Assembly (NCBI GenBank): GCA_028534125.1
Contig: CM052832.1
Span: 12,648,001-12,712,000, forward strand
From: Lama glama
Lineage: Eukaryota
DNA: 64,000 bases
Direction of reading: 5' to 3'
Shown here: positions 23,611 through 37,400 of the stretch, piece by piece
Layout: every line of letters begins with the position of its first letter
Numbering within the stretch: the stretch's first letter is position 1
Notes under the pieces: generated by a model
Told to the model about the DNA's origin: nothing
Database searches by the model: none
The model's input: only the letters and a program-made list of their open reading frames with translations
Translations under genes and position numbers: made by a program

Positions 23611-23804
23611 CAGTGGCTCTCCAAATTGAGTGGCATCCGAATCCTCGGTACGGCTTGTTTAAAACAGATTGCTACTGCACACACCCTCCCACTACAGATC
23701 CTGATGTGTTAAGTCTGGAGTGGGGCCTGGGAATTTGCATTTCTAGCTAGTCTCCAGGCGGCGCTGATACTGCTGTTCCAGGAATCGTACTTTGTGAACC
23801 ACTG
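23611..23804. mobile_element. MER5A hAT-Charlie DNA transposon (near full length)
   Basis: Terminal inverted repeats CAGTGGCTCTCCAAA / TTTGTGAACCACTG; internal GTCTGGAGTGGGGCCTGGGAATTTGCATTTCTA; imperfect 8-bp flanks GGTTAGAG / GGTAGGAG. Confidence 0.85.
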
Positions 23805-25711
23805 GGTAGGAGGCTCTCAGCTTCTGTGACCACAAAAAGCTTTTCCAGGAATCTGTTCCAGCATTTGGGACCTGGACAACTCCCAGCGTCTTCCTTCAGT
23901 GTTTGTCTTCCACCCACGCCTGAGATGGGGGGCCCGTGGGGTTCAGCCATTTTCCCCACCATCTCCCTCCATCTGCCGCCCCTTGGATTCCACTCACAAT
24001 CCCCTCCTTTGCCCTCTCCCTCCTTGGGAGGCACATTGTCAAATTTTGTCCTGAAACTGAAGGAGCAATTTCACTCTCAGTTGCCTTCACTGATTCCCTT
24101 CAGGATGCAGAAGACCTGTTACCACTGAACCTAGCTCCCAACCAGCTGGCCAACAGCCTTCATCGCCATCCCTCTCAAAACCATGCCCTGGGCCGGGGGA
24201 TTCCAAGTCCCCTAGCCTTCATCTGCTTGTCACAGCCTTATTCACCTCACAACCTAGTGGTCAGAGCCCCCCCAACCTGTGTCCTTTCTTCCTGTTCCCT
24301 GCCTTTCTCTGTGCCCTGAATGTCTCTTCTCACCCTCACCAGCCCCTTCCCCTCCTCACTCTTTTGCCCACCTCTTCTGTGCTAAATCTGACAAGCTCTC
24401 CCATGAAAACTTAAATTACCAGGCTTCCTGGTAACCTTGGCACTTAGTCCTGCAAAGAAACAGGGCTAAGGCTGCTAACACTAATCAGAGCCCAAATTTT
24501 AAAATTTATAAAAATTCCTCAATTAGGGGTTTTCCCAATTATCCTTCAAGACAAGAACTCTCCTTGGCTTTTCAGAGATCAGCTGATTCCACTCCCCTCT
24601 CCACCAGATTGTAAACTCCGTAAGAACAAGGAGCTTGGCTTGGCTACTCAACTCTGAGGTAATCTGTATGCTTAGCACAGTGCCCAGCACCTAGTAAATG
24701 CTCCGCAAGTGGCGCCTTTATCATTAATATTATGGTGCTTGCAGTGTTGTTACTGTCACCTCCTTTCTTTGTGCTTTGCCCAATGCCTGGCACATCGGAT
24801 CTCAAAGTCTTCCAGGTAAACACATCACAGAATTCAGAGTTGTCATTCTCACCTCACTGGTCTCACCTCCCACTGCCTCATTTGCCTGTAACAGCTTCTC
24901 CCTCATTTGCCTTTTTTTTTTTTTTCTTAACTGCCACTGTGTTCCCAGCCGGAGCATTTGAACGACTTTTGTGCAATAACTCCCCAACCCCAATGCCCAG
25001 ATCTTGGAGGCCTGGGAGATTAGTGTCAGGAGATTTGGTGGGTAATGGGTTCCGGCCAGTAGAAAACGTCCCCCTTTACAAAGATAGAATTATACAGGTT
25101 ACGCTTCCCTGCTTTAGCCCCAGACCTCGGGAAGCATGGCATCAGCATGGATGGTGCATAGGGCCACATTACATAGAATATTCTCCACTTGCTGTAAAGC
25201 TGTTGATAAATATATAAGAGACGCAATGGTTTTCTTTTCCTTCTTTTTTCCCCCTTTAGCCAAACACTGCAGGCCCTCGTGACTCGCAAAAGTTTGAGAT
25301 ATTACTCAGGAATGTAGGAGGAAAACTCCATATTTTCCCTTGTCAAAGGTTTGGTTTTCTTATTTATTTACTAGCGTGCCACTGGGTAAATTGAACCCTG
25401 AACAACATTAAAAAGAAATAAACTTATCTCTCAGCTGCTCACGGACCTGGCGCTCTCCAGGGAGCTGGCTTATCAGCAAGCCTCCCCAGCCAGGGATAAA
25501 GTTGTAGCCTGGAGGTGGGGTGGGGGTACATGGGTCTGCAAAGTAGGGGACCTTCAGCTCCCTTCTCCAGGCACATTACAGCTCCCTTCCCATCCACCAG
25601 CCTGCAAGACCCATGACAGACACCTGCATTCAGTGTCCACAGTAGCTCTGGGCAGACAGAAGTTTCCCTTTTATCCCTACCATTCTAGGTCCTGCCCTTC
25701 TCACCAACCCA

Positions 25712-25737
25712 ACACACACACACACACACACACACAC
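25712..25737. repeat. (AC)n microsatellite
   Basis: Perfect ACACAC run. Confidence 0.95.
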
Positions 25738-28114
25738 CAGCAATGACAAACCAGAACCACAGGAGGAATGTCATCTCAGAGTCATATCTGCATGCTTGAA
25801 ATCAAAGGGTGGGATGCCTGAGAGCTTCTTATGGCCTGTTTACAGTCACTGAGAATCGATACTTACTTTGGCAAAAGAAAAAAAAAAATATATATATACA
25901 CACATCCACACATACATATCTGTGGTGGATGGATGAATCCCTCTCACTCTGAAAACCATGACAGATGAGTTTTGTTCAGACCTCTATGCATTTTAAAGGT
26001 GAATGTAAACTCACTAAATTAGAATCTGGGTCGGTGGCGGCACCCACCCAGCCCTGGACTGTCCTCCTCTCTCCCTCAGCAGGGGGGCAGCTTCAGAACC
26101 AGGGCCTCATTCAGAATTCAGTCTTGCCTGAGTGGTGTGACTGCTTCTCTCTCTTTGCTCAATTTTCATGATGAGAAAACCTGGGTCTTCTCCTTAAGGG
26201 CACAAGCGTGGACTGGGTTGGTTTGTAAGGGTAAAAGCAGAGATCCTACTGCCCTGTGGTCTTCAGAGGCCCTGACCCACCATAGTTGTGACTCAAGGCT
26301 GATTAGAATTATGGCAAGCAATCCACACAGGCTCCAGGAATACAAATCATGTTCTGACACTCATTCTCCTGCTCAAGAACCTGCAACAGCTCCCAATTAC
26401 CCTCAGCAACTAAGTAGGCAGGGACTACTTGGAACTTTGGGTTGAAAAGGACTCTAAAGCCCCTGTGTGACTCGGGAGGGAGAGCATAGTGATTGATTAG
26501 TCATGTCTGCCATGAATGAAGGCAGGAGATTAGAGGCACCCATGCTGAGGAGCTATCTCCCCTGGCTTACAGAATTAAGTTCAGATACCTCTGCTGCTCT
26601 TCCAAACCCCTCCACCATCACGCCTCTCATTTCCTCTCCAGCATCATTGCCTCCTCCCCTCCAACAAGGTCACTGGTCAAGCCAGGCTTCACATTGTACC
26701 TGACATGTGCCACCTCAGTCCAGCCTCTGTGCCTCAAGCTGTTACCCCTACCCTCCTACCATCTGTCCCTCTTTTGCATATGAGTTTAATTCCTACTACT
26801 TCTTAAGGTCCTCTCCCATGAAGCTTTCTTAACTGCTTCAGTCCACACTGGCTCTCCAGGCACTCAGGGCACTACCATATATTGAAATGTTTGAGTGTTA
26901 GACGTGTTTCCTATTTCCAAGTGCTCATCTCCCAGCCCAATTGGAACCACCCCTACCCTACCCCACCTAACTTGCCTCCAAATAAGAATCACATCTTAAT
27001 TTCTTTTGCATCCCTCATAGCACTTCATACAATGCTTGCCAGGACTCAGCCTGGCCACAAGCACTTTCTGATTACAAGGCCTTCTACAATTTTAACCAGG
27101 TGCTTCAAGATCTCTGGAGCCCTAGAAACCAAACCTGTGGGGCTGAAGATGGAGTCAGATGGGCCTGCCCTGGACTGGTAGTCCCCAAAACCCAAGTTCC
27201 ATCCCTGACTCACTGCGCAATCTGTGGCCTGGGCATAGCTTAACTAAATTTCTGGCCTTGATATGCTGAGCTGCAAAATGGGCAGCCACTTTCTGCACCC
27301 CTCCAAGTAAGGGGCAGAGTTTCAACCTCCACCCTGTCACTGACTAGCAAGTGACACAGGGTCAGGTACCAGGCCTCCTTGAGCCCCAGTGTCCTCCCCT
27401 GTAAAATGTAACATTCTCAGTGGGGACCAGGTGTCCAGGGAAGGTTTGTTCCCTTCTCTTTTGTCCCTGAAGCACAGTAGTGGGAAGAGGTGAGGAAGGG
27501 GAGGTGGGGGAGTTGTGCGCCCCAGCATCTTATCTTTAATAGAGTGTGCCTTCAGAGCTCTCTTACTTTCTCACCCTCCCCCTGGGCTGGGAAGGGGTTT
27601 GGGAAACAGACGTGCTCTACACAGCCCACAGGGTGGGGGCTGGGGCAGTCCTCAGGCCTCCACTGGCTGAGGAGGGCAGGGTCCTCTGAGGCCTATAAGT
27701 CAGTTATTGGACAAGCCAAGGGAGATGCGGGGAGGCTCAAGGCCCAGCAGCCTCCCTGAGGAGCGGAGTCTAGTGGAGAGGGGCCGAGAAGACAGCCCGT
27801 CTGGACAGAGGGATGGAGAGTAAAGGTCACCCAAGCCAGCAGGGCCCTAGGTCTGTTAGTCACAGGCCCCTCCCAGTCAGGTGCTCACAGCCCTTCCCTG
27901 ACTCCTCACAGGGACCTCAACCCCCTCCGCTCCCCCACACACGTAAGCCACAGCTGCTGTGTCCAGCCTTCCCCCACGTGGCCAGTGCAAATGGTGATTA
28001 CGAGAATTACAGGAAAATATCTGTGGCACAGTTCAGTGCAGAAAGCAGGACACAGCACAGCATGTGCAGTAAGAGCACCACGTGTGAAAAAGAGCTGAGA
28101 CGCCAGATCTTGTA

Positions 28115-28445
28115 GACGCTAAGGGGCCAGGCTCTGGAGCCAGACCACCTGGGTTTAAATCCCAGCTCTGTCTCTTCTAACATGTATGTCCTCGACAAGT
28201 CATTTGATCTTTCTGTGCCTTGGTTTCCTCATCCATGAAATAGAGATGACTGGTATGGGTACCCTTCTCGAGTGAGTTAATCTTCAGAAAGCACTTAGCA
28301 CGGGGCTTCACATCACTACAGAAGCCACTGGGATGTAAGCTCAGAGGGGTGCAGACTTTTGTCTCTTTTATTCATTGCTTTCAGCTCAGCACCTAGAATA
28401 ACACCCAGCTCATAGAAGGCACCAACAAATATGTGCGAATGAGTG
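28115..28445 (+). mobile_element. MIR followed by L2 3' end
   Basis: GGCTCTGGAGCCAGACCACCTGGGTTTAAATCCCAGCTCTG...; then CAGCACCTAGAATAACACCCAGCTCATAGAAGGCACCAACAAATATGTGCGAATGAGTGAATG. Confidence 0.8.
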
Positions 28446-28634
28446 AATGGGGGAGGGGGGACAACACACAGATCAATCATAGGCTGCCAGACCCTCACTC
28501 TGGTGGGGGAGGCAAACTCACACTGTGTCTACAGTGAGTCTGTCTTTCCATAAACACTGAGCACTCACTGCATGACAGGCAATGTGCTATGGGGTGGCAA
28601 GGGCACAACACAGCGATGACGGAGGCCAGGGCCT

Positions 28635-29122
28635 TATGGCACAGACTGCTAGTTATCTTCATTCCATTCTCCCTGCTCTCCCTAGTCCTGGAACTTCTGG
28701 CTGGTCACACAGCCAAGCAGAACAAAGACTATATTTCCCAGCCTCCCTTACAGCTAGACAACCATGTGACTAAATTCTGGCCAATAATATGGAAAGAGAA
28801 GAGTCAAATGATAGCTTTTGGAACTCTCCCTAAGAGATAGCTGACACTCACTCTTCCTCTAGTTGACTGGAAAGTGGATGTAATGGCTGGAATTGCAGCA
28901 GCCATGTTAGACTCAGAGGGGACCTTGTTCATGAAAGCCACCCATCACAGAGCAACAAGATAGTAGAAGCCTGGGTCTCAGAGGACTGTGTGGAGCAGAG
29001 CCACCCTATCAGCCTTGGACTCTGGACTTTCAAGCAAGAAAGAAATAAAGTTTCTAAATTGTATAAACCAATATTTGGGGGGTTACTATTACCTGAAGCC
29101 CATTTCAGTCCTAACTGATACT
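28635..29122 (+). mobile_element. MLT1 (ERVL-MaLR) solo LTR
   Basis: ACTATATTTCCCAGCCTCCCTTACAG...CCATGTGACTAAATTCTGGCCAAT...AGAAATAAAG...CCTAACTGATAC matches the MLT1 body and 3' end. Confidence 0.8.
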
Positions 29123-32100
29123 GACCCCATCACTGGAAGATTAGTCAGCAGGGGAGGCACTAAAGGAAACAGACCAATTCTGTGCATGGTGATAATGGAT
29201 ATGCACAGGGTACTGTAAGAAGAAGTTCAGAGGAGGGAGGACCAGGACCCAACTGGGTGGAGGACATGCGGGAAGGGGATCCAAGGAGGCTTCCTGGAGG
29301 GAGTGACACCTATATCGAGTTCCAAAGAATGGGACAGAGTTTTCAAGATAGTGGGATGTTGGGGGAGAGGGGTGAATGTGCTATAATTGAGACATTTGCT
29401 GGGAGCTTGGGGAACTGTGGAGAGAGAAAGAGAAAAGAGAGAGAGAGAAAAACATTGTCCTGAGGAACTAAGAAAGGTTTTTCAGAGTGAGCAGAACCAG
29501 ACTCTGATGAGAAGGTCTTTGATAGGCCAAGGCTGGGAGGAAGGGCATTCCTGGCCGAGGAACAGCAAGTTCAAAGGCAAAGAGGCCATGACTGAATGGC
29601 GGGGATGGTCTGATGTAGTTTGAGCACAGTGTGCACAGGGATGAGGTAGGAATAATGGAAGATGAGCTACAAGTGTTTTAAACCCTGTAAGGAGCCAGAC
29701 TGGAAGCTGTGTACCAAATGCCTAGTGTTTTAAGTGTGTAACATGTATAAACTTGCTTAACCTCACAACAACCCTAAGAGACACATACTCTTATAATCTC
29801 CTTTTGCAGATGCAGAAACCAGGCACAGGGGAGATTAAACCTCTTGCTGCAGGCTTCACAGCAGGGAATCGTGGCTGGGATCGGAGTCTGGGCAGTGGCC
29901 TCCTCAGCTTGGTGCTCCCCTGAGACCCTGTGCACTCTCACAGGGTGCTCTTCACAGAAGCTGCTCTCAGCTCCTTCCCTCTGCCCACCCTGACTCCCTG
30001 CTCCCCCTCCATCTGGTATCATCTGCGGGTTATATTAAGGCCAGGCTGGCTTACAGCAATACCGGGAGATTCTGATCTTGGTCCTGGGGGGAAGAGAAGA
30101 GACAGGGCTCCAGGGAGGCACAGAGAAGTCTACAGCAGTCAAAGAGAAGGGCACATCTGATAAGGGGCCCCAGATTCATTCAGACAGAGTCTTCCTTTCA
30201 TTTTAGGAGTGAGATTTCCATTAGGAAGCATCACGTCTCTAATCCTGTGTATGTGGTAAGGAGATAACAACCATCTATCTGTTAGTGCGTTTCTTATGTT
30301 ATCTTACTTATCCCCCCATCAAGTCCATGAGGCTGACTCTCATTTTAAGATGAGACAAGGCACAGAGATGGTGAATATCTTGCCTGAGTTTGCCCAGCTC
30401 GTAAATGACAGAGCTGGCACTTGCCCCAGGTGTGTGTGACCCCCAAGCTCACACTCACAGTTGCCTCGATCTTACAACTTCTCTGTCAGAGAGCTTCATA
30501 CCCACGACAGGATTCTGTTCAAACGCTGCTGCCTCTTCCCTCACCACCCGCCCCTCCCCCCATCCTGCTACCACAATCTGTAGTCAACATATGCCTTGAA
30601 AAGGCGACAAAGCCACAGATGTCCTCAGAGGTTTTTTTAAAATGTAGTATTATTATGCAAGAGCTGAGAGAATTGTAGCTAGAAACACCCCTTGCCTTAC
30701 TCAGTCCTGGCACGTTCAGAAAACCCGTCCTAAGACATGAATCTGAACGCCTTCGGGCACCAAAGACCTTGGACTGGTCTCCTCCATCCCCTGCCTTTGG
30801 GAAGGAGGCCTTTTAAATACCGCTGAGCCGGAGAAGGGCCTCTCCTGAGATGGAGATGTGTGCTTCCCTCCCTCGGGCCACAAGTCTGTAATAACCTCTC
30901 TACAGGCAGAGGCCCAAAGCAGGAGTACCATGCTGCACAACTCCAGGGGGCGCTTTACCACAGAACACAGCATGCCTTACTCTGTCCCTGGAACTGCCGC
31001 AGTCAGCCCACCTCCTCACCGACTGGCCTCCGGTCTCCAATGCCCCACAGCACATCCCATCAGTCCTTCTGGGACTTTCCACTGGGTCCAGGCCTGCCCG
31101 CTCCAGGCCTTGTGGCATCTTAAGCCCAAACTTGAGTCTGACTGATGGCTGGATGCTGGGCAGCCCACACGTCTGGAGTTCTTCCCGGGAGAAGCCCCAA
31201 GTACAGCCCAGTAAATCAATAAACAAATTAATAAGCAAATACTGCTGTCTGCTGAGCCGGACTGGGACTCCTGGGCAAACAGATTCCAAATCAACAACAG
31301 ACGGCCACAGGGCATGCCGGGAACCAAGGCACCAGTCCTCGGAGGAATTCTGAAAGCCCCCATTTCTCCTAGAACTAGACACAAGGTTGGGGGCAGGGGC
31401 TAGCAGGGAGCAGCTGGCGGACAGAGGCTGTTGCCATGAAAGTGCCTTTCCATCCTCAGCTTCATCTTTCATCCTCACTTGCTTCTGTTCGCTGTTTCCT
31501 GCTGAGAGCAGGGCTTGGTGCACAACTGGCAGGAGCTTTGATCTGGGTACCACGAGTGATGATGTGGGTGACAAAGGAGCCTCAAATCATACGAGGCACT
31601 AATTAAGGGAGCTGGCCCTTTATTGCTGACTTGCAGCTCCAGGGCAGCAGTAGCACAGCTGCTTTTGCTCAGTTCTCAATGGATCTGGCAGGTAGAGGGA
31701 GGCCAGGTGGACGCAGGTTGGGGACTGGCCCCTGTGCATGCCACCCTCACCACCCCATTCCTGAGAGAGTGGGCAAGTAGGGCACTGGGGCCTGGGAAAG
31801 ACCATCGCTCCGGCTCTGGGCAGCCAGCACTGGGTCCTCCAGACAGGGAGGCTCTGGCAGAAATCTCCATGCCAGCCCCCTCCCCGCAAGGCATGCAGAG
31901 GCCCAGGGGCCAGGGTCAGATGCAAACAGAAATGCCTGGACAGCTCAAAATAGACTTAACTGGACCTCGGGAGAATCTCCAGCCAGGACGCCCGTGGCGC
32001 CCTTTTCTAAAAGAGCCTCTGAATGCCCGCGTCTTCTCTTTTGTGCTCACAAATGCCACCCAATCGCAGCGAGGCCGCTGAAGCTGAATAATAAGGCAGA

Positions 32101-33899
32101 GAGAGTGTCTGCCTGGGGCGCTGGCCTCTGGGCTGTCTGCCAGGGCTGTCAGGCTGCCCAGACTTCAATACCAACAAAGTAAAAGGACAAGAAAACAGCT
32201 CCCGTAAAGGCTTGGAAGCCGGGGAGGGAAATGACCTGTCTTGTGAGGCGACAGAGTTCAGTTGCCCTAGGTTTTCTGACGCGAGGCTGTCGTGAGGCCC
32301 TCACAGGCGGGCTCTCTCCCACCGTGTGGGCACGAATGGTGCCTGCAGCCCGAGGAGCCGGCCTCCTGGCACAGCCGTGTCTGGCTGCCCACAGCCCGTG
32401 CTGCTGCTGAGTCTGGGCCCACCGTTTCTGCTGTGGCCACTGGTCAAGCTGCTGCAGCTCTTCAGAAAGGGGGAAAGATGCCCGCCCCAAACACCCTGGG
32501 ACACGTGGAGAACTCTGATCATGAAATGCATGTGCCGATAAGCCTCTGGCCCACAGAACAATGTCAAACTCATGAACATCCCAACATTCCTTTGCTGATT
32601 CAATCATTGGATGCCTGCTCCATCCCAAGTGCCTTTGAGGAACAAAAGTCCAGGTGGTGACGGTGAGCAAGACAGATGTGGTTCCTACCCTCTCTAAACT
32701 GACAGTGAGGAGGGGAGCCTGGCTCTCAGATTCAAAAGGTGGGCAAGACTGGGCTAGGGTGGCAGGGGTATGGAGGCAGGACACTGTCTAGAGGGAGGGT
32801 GGGATTTGAATGGGTGTGGAAGGCCAGCGAGCATCTGGATGGGTTGGGGGCAGAAGTGTATTGTAGAGGGTGGGGAGGGGGCTGCCTGAGGGCAGAGGTC
32901 AGGAACAGCCAGCCTGCTGGAGGGGCAAATGGATTCTCCCTCTTCCAGGCTGGTCGGAAGGACAGAAGACCCAGCCCCAGGCCCTGACTCCTGCCTCCCA
33001 GGCCACTTGCCCTGGGGTGCTGCTCGTTAATCATCACACCAATGCCAAGCCTCCCACACCAATCCAGAGAGCAGGGAGTTGGGGAAAGTGACAGAGAAAA
33101 AGAGATCAGCATGGAGGGGACAGGCCCGGGTCTGCTTCCTGCCTGGCCCCAGAGAAGCCAAGAGAAGCCGCCTCACTGTGGGTCAGAGCACAGACCTTGC
33201 TGCCAAATCCTGGCTCTGCCCCCTACTAACTGTGTGGCCTCAGGTGAGCCACTTCCCCTCTTTGTGCCTCTTGTGTTTCTTCATTTGGAAAAGAAAGGTT
33301 AAAATAGTACCAATGATCAGAGGGTTGTTGTGGGGATTAAATGAGTTAATGCAGATTAAGTGCCTGGAGCTGCTCCCAGAGAGCTGTGTGACTCATTATT
33401 ACCCTGAGAGAACAAGGTGTCAGTCTCCTCCAGAGGGAGGTGGCCTGGGCCACTTCAGCAGTGCGGGGACAGGGAGACAAGAGTGAGAATAAAGGAAGAG
33501 AGGCAGCCCTGGAACCACAGGCCACTCCAGTCTGCTGAACGAACAATGAAGGCAAGGAGGAACCCCCTGGGCCCTGTGTGTGTGTGTGGTTTACACCGTC
33601 AAGTGCACTTGTCTTAAGTGTCCAGCTAGATCAGTTTTACACTTGACATGTACACTCAGGTCAAGATAACATTTCCATCACCCCAGAATGTGCCTTCAGG
33701 GACATTGGTCCTTAACACAGTCTTCATCAAAGCAGAGCCTGCACCCCAAGGGGGCATGAAACGATCTACTGGGGGTGCCACTTCTATCTATTCTAGCCCA
33801 TCCTTTGCAGTTTCCCTTTCTGTGTGTACTTTCTAATGTACATAATATATTAGCACAGTTGTGCATGTTTAGAATTTATTAATAAACATTCATTTGCAG

Positions 33900-34300
33900 G
33901 GGAGATGAGCTTAATAGCTCCTGCTTGTCCCCTTGGCTCCATCAGCACCCCCTCCACCGGGCCCTGAGGCTCTCTGCCCCGGAGTGTCAGGTAGGATTAG
34001 GCTCATGGGAGGGCTGGGAAGAGGAGAGTGAAGTCAGGGAGTTTATTCCCATGGCTCGCTCCCTGCAGGGCCGGCACAGCTGGCTGTGTCCCCTACTGTG
34101 AAGCTTCTCACTGGTTGGCACTCTCTCTCCAAATCTGGATGACCACTCTCTCCCATCTCCTGGGGACCGAGGGGTGGTCACAGCTCTGCTCGCTGCACCA
34201 TCCCTTGTGGTTCCTCTACACTCACAAAGAGTCCTTTGTAAACAAACCTGCTTGGATTATCCTGATTTAAGTGTGAACATCTGTTCCCTGCTGGGACCCT
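33900..34300. mobile_element. ERVL LTR fragment (LTR16-like)
   Basis: GGAGTTTATTCCCATGGCTCGCTCCCTGCAGGGCC...TCCTTTGTAAACAAACC...CATCTGTTCCCTGCTGGGACCCTGGCTGATA. Confidence 0.55.
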
Positions 34301-36309
34301 GGCTGATATACAGGCACATCCTCAAAAATGTTTTACTCGCAGGGGTATATGATCAAAATATTTGGAGATCACAGTTTATTGCACAGTATGGTGCCCATTT
34401 GTGTTTCAGTCAGTGCCCTGGAATCTGGACCCACTAGGGCAGTCTTCCTCCTCTTGAGGGAGAAGTGAAGGCGGCAGATTTTGGAGTTTGCTCTCTCTCC
34501 CAAGCTTGGAAACTACAGGCATTTAGATCGACTGCTTTACTTGATGGGGTTGACTGAACTTCCACCTGTGGCTCACCAGGGGTTCCTCTCTCCGGGAGAC
34601 TGTTGGCCAGGGAATGGTGGCCGCACCCTCCTGCTCAAGGAGGCCGGCTCTCTCAGTCCGGGTTTCCTGTTGGGGATTCAGCTCATTCTCAGGTGGCTGG
34701 CGTTTGATTAGCTCAGGGTCTTAGGAGCAATGAGATGACAGCCTCGCCCTGGATGATACAAGGAGAGTTTAATAAAGAACTTGCTTGCAAAGGTGCACCC
34801 AGGGCTGGCGAGGGTAGGGAGCCCCCAAGAGAGCAGCAGTGTGTGGAGGGCCGCCTGCTGGTGGGGAACCATGGGTAAAGGGTGAACCCTGGATGACTTT
34901 ACAGGCAGAATGTGGGTAATACAACCCCTGTCCTCACTCCCCTCCCTTCCTTAAACCCAACTGGAAGCCAAAGGGCAAGGGTGCCCTTGGATGCATCCAG
35001 AGAGGCAGTCATACAGGCCAGGGAGCAGGGTGTTGGAAGCTCACATCCCTGGGAGCACGAGGAATGTCAGAGGAAGACGTCTGCGCGTCCCCCACAGGCA
35101 GAGCAGTGTAGGCAGCTCAGCAGTGGTCCTGCTGACTCCAGGCCTGAGCCCGCACTGTCGCCAAAGGGAATCCATGTGGGAGGTGGAAGGAGGGGCACTC
35201 GCTCTCTCTGATTCCTTACAGCCTCAAAGAGAGGAGGCGAGGGAGCCGGGAGGCCATAGATAAAAACGCTGGTGCCTCCAGCAAGCCGCTTAGGAAGCGC
35301 TTCCCAATCCTTTGTTCACTGCAAAGTACACAGATCGGATTCCGGCTCCTCTGGAGCAGGGGGTTCTGGTGTTTCGGGCCCTGAATGAGAGGCGAGGGAA
35401 GAAGGGAGTTCTCTCTCCCTCATCCCTGGGAAGACTCAGAAGCCCTCAGACCCGGTCTGCCTCTTTCTAACTGTGTCGCTCCAGGCAGGATCCTGCATTT
35501 CTCTGGGCCGCAGTGTCCTCATCTGGGAAGTGGCAATAGCAGCGCCCACACCCCAGGGCTCTTGGAGAAGTAAATGTGACAACACGTGTGAAAGCATATG
35601 CTCCTCACCAGAAGAGACGGAGGATGGTGGGCAAGTGCCATTTTATGGAATGCCCAAAAGGAGTGCTCGTCTCTAAATGTGTCTTGTTGAAATAACAGGA
35701 CCTTTCCTTCACTCCCTAAGGATTTACTGAACATCCTCAAGGGTGCCCCGCCTTGTGGGCTGCCCTGGAGCACAGGAGGGGATGGCGGCTGGGTCTTGGG
35801 TTGGAGATCAAACAAACACAGACAAGAAATGATGTGAGGACTCTGGGAGGGGGACAAGGGAGTCTCAGAGAGGTAGAAGGATTCCAAGCGGGAGGAAGTT
35901 GGGCAGGGGAGGCAGGGAGTGTGTTTGAGCAGCTCCGGAGAGGTCAGAATTCCAGGTGAGAGGAGTCACCAGGTAGAAGCAGGAGGCTGGAGCAGGGCTA
36001 TCACCCAGGAGGGAGGCAGGGCAGAGAGTTCTCTGTGTGCTGGGTGAGCTGGCGGGAAGGGCCAGACACAGGACCTGGAGTCCCTGCTCTCAAACCCCGC
36101 ATTGTGTGTCTTGATAACCACAGATGTGGCAGCCCCCCACCCCACCCCTGGAGAAGCCCCTACACACCCTTGCCCCTCTTGCTCTCTTTCTGCTGCCTGC
36201 TCTGAGCAAAGCCCCATCCCTGAATCTGCCCAGTCATCTGCTTTCATCCTCCAGGCTGCCGAGGTCAGCAGGAGAAAATGATACCTTCCTGCCAGTCTTG
36301 GAATCCCTA

Positions 36310-36745
36310 CAAATTCATTCATTCATTCATTCAACAAACATTTATTGGACATTTACTATTTATATCCACTAATCTGGGCCCTGGGGGATACATCAGTGAA
36401 TGAAATGGCGCTACATGCTAGTGTAGAGAGACAATAAACAAAATAAGAAAAATGTAGAGTGAGTGCTATGGAGGAAAAGGAAGGAGAATCAGGGGACTTG
36501 GGAGGGGGTTCAATTTAAAGAGAATAGCCTGAGAGACTCTCATCGAGAAGGTGACTTCTGAGTAAAGACCTGAACGAGGTGAGACAGGGACCACATAGTT
36601 ATCTGGAGGGAGAACATTCCAGGCAGTAGGAACAGCAGGTACAAAGACTGAGGTGGGAGTGTGCCTGGCACGCTGTGGCTGGGGTGGAGTGAGCAAGCGA
36701 GAGTCACATGAGGTGGAGGATCCAGTTGTGGAGCTCCTCATAGGG
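36310..36745 (-). mobile_element. L2 LINE 3' region
   Basis: ATTCATTCATTCATTCAACAAACATTTATTG tail; GAGAAGGTGACTTCTGAGTAAAGACCTGAA...GAACATTCCAGGCAG. Confidence 0.85.
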
Positions 36746-36839
36746 TATCCTAAGATCTTCATCCATAGCTGAACCCTCAACACTGTGTTTAGTTTCTCTT
36801 TCAAGCTGCAATTCAACTGTTTCAAAATTTCAAATTCCC

Positions 36840-37400
36840 TGTACTGATCAGGGTACAATTGGCCACAAGTAACAGGGAAACCAACTGGCTGTGGCTCAAA
36901 TCATAAGGACATACACTATGCACTAGATAAGTGTCTGAAGGTAGTGGGTCCCAAAGCTAGTTTAACTGTTCACAGGTGTCATCGAGGACCCAGGCTCTTC
37001 TAATTTTTTAACTCTACCATCTTCAATGTATCTTCTCATGGTGACAAGATGGCTGCTGCAGTTCCAAGACTCACACCCTCTCCCAACATCTTCTCAAGTA
37101 GAAATGAAGGGGTGAGGCAGAGAAAAATGTGTGTGTAGAGTGAGAAGACAGGAAGACTGTTTTCTCATATGTCTCTTAACAAGGAGGAAAACAGTTTCTG
37201 AAAAGTCCCATCATACTATCCCTTAAGTCTCATTGCCAGAAGGGGGTCACATGTCTACTCCTGAGCCAGTTACTGGAAGAGGGGACTAGATGGTCATAAT
37301 TGATTTGTTTCAATCATGATTTATCTCGGGGCTGGGCACATTGACTCCTGAGGAGAACTGGGCTCTCCTACAAAGGAAGAGGAATGCTGTGGCACAGGTG
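36840..37400 (-). mobile_element. MLT1-type (MaLR) LTR
   Basis: GGACCCAGGCTCTTC...CATGGTGACAAGATGGCTGCTGCAGTTCCA...GTCTCATTGCCAGA...GGTCACATG. Confidence 0.7.

Noticed and set aside
30900-32784. 224-aa and 211-aa minus-strand ORFs
   Set aside because: No domain similarity; overlapping ORFs occur in several frames, typical of chance in GC-rich DNA; one overlaps an L2 remnant.
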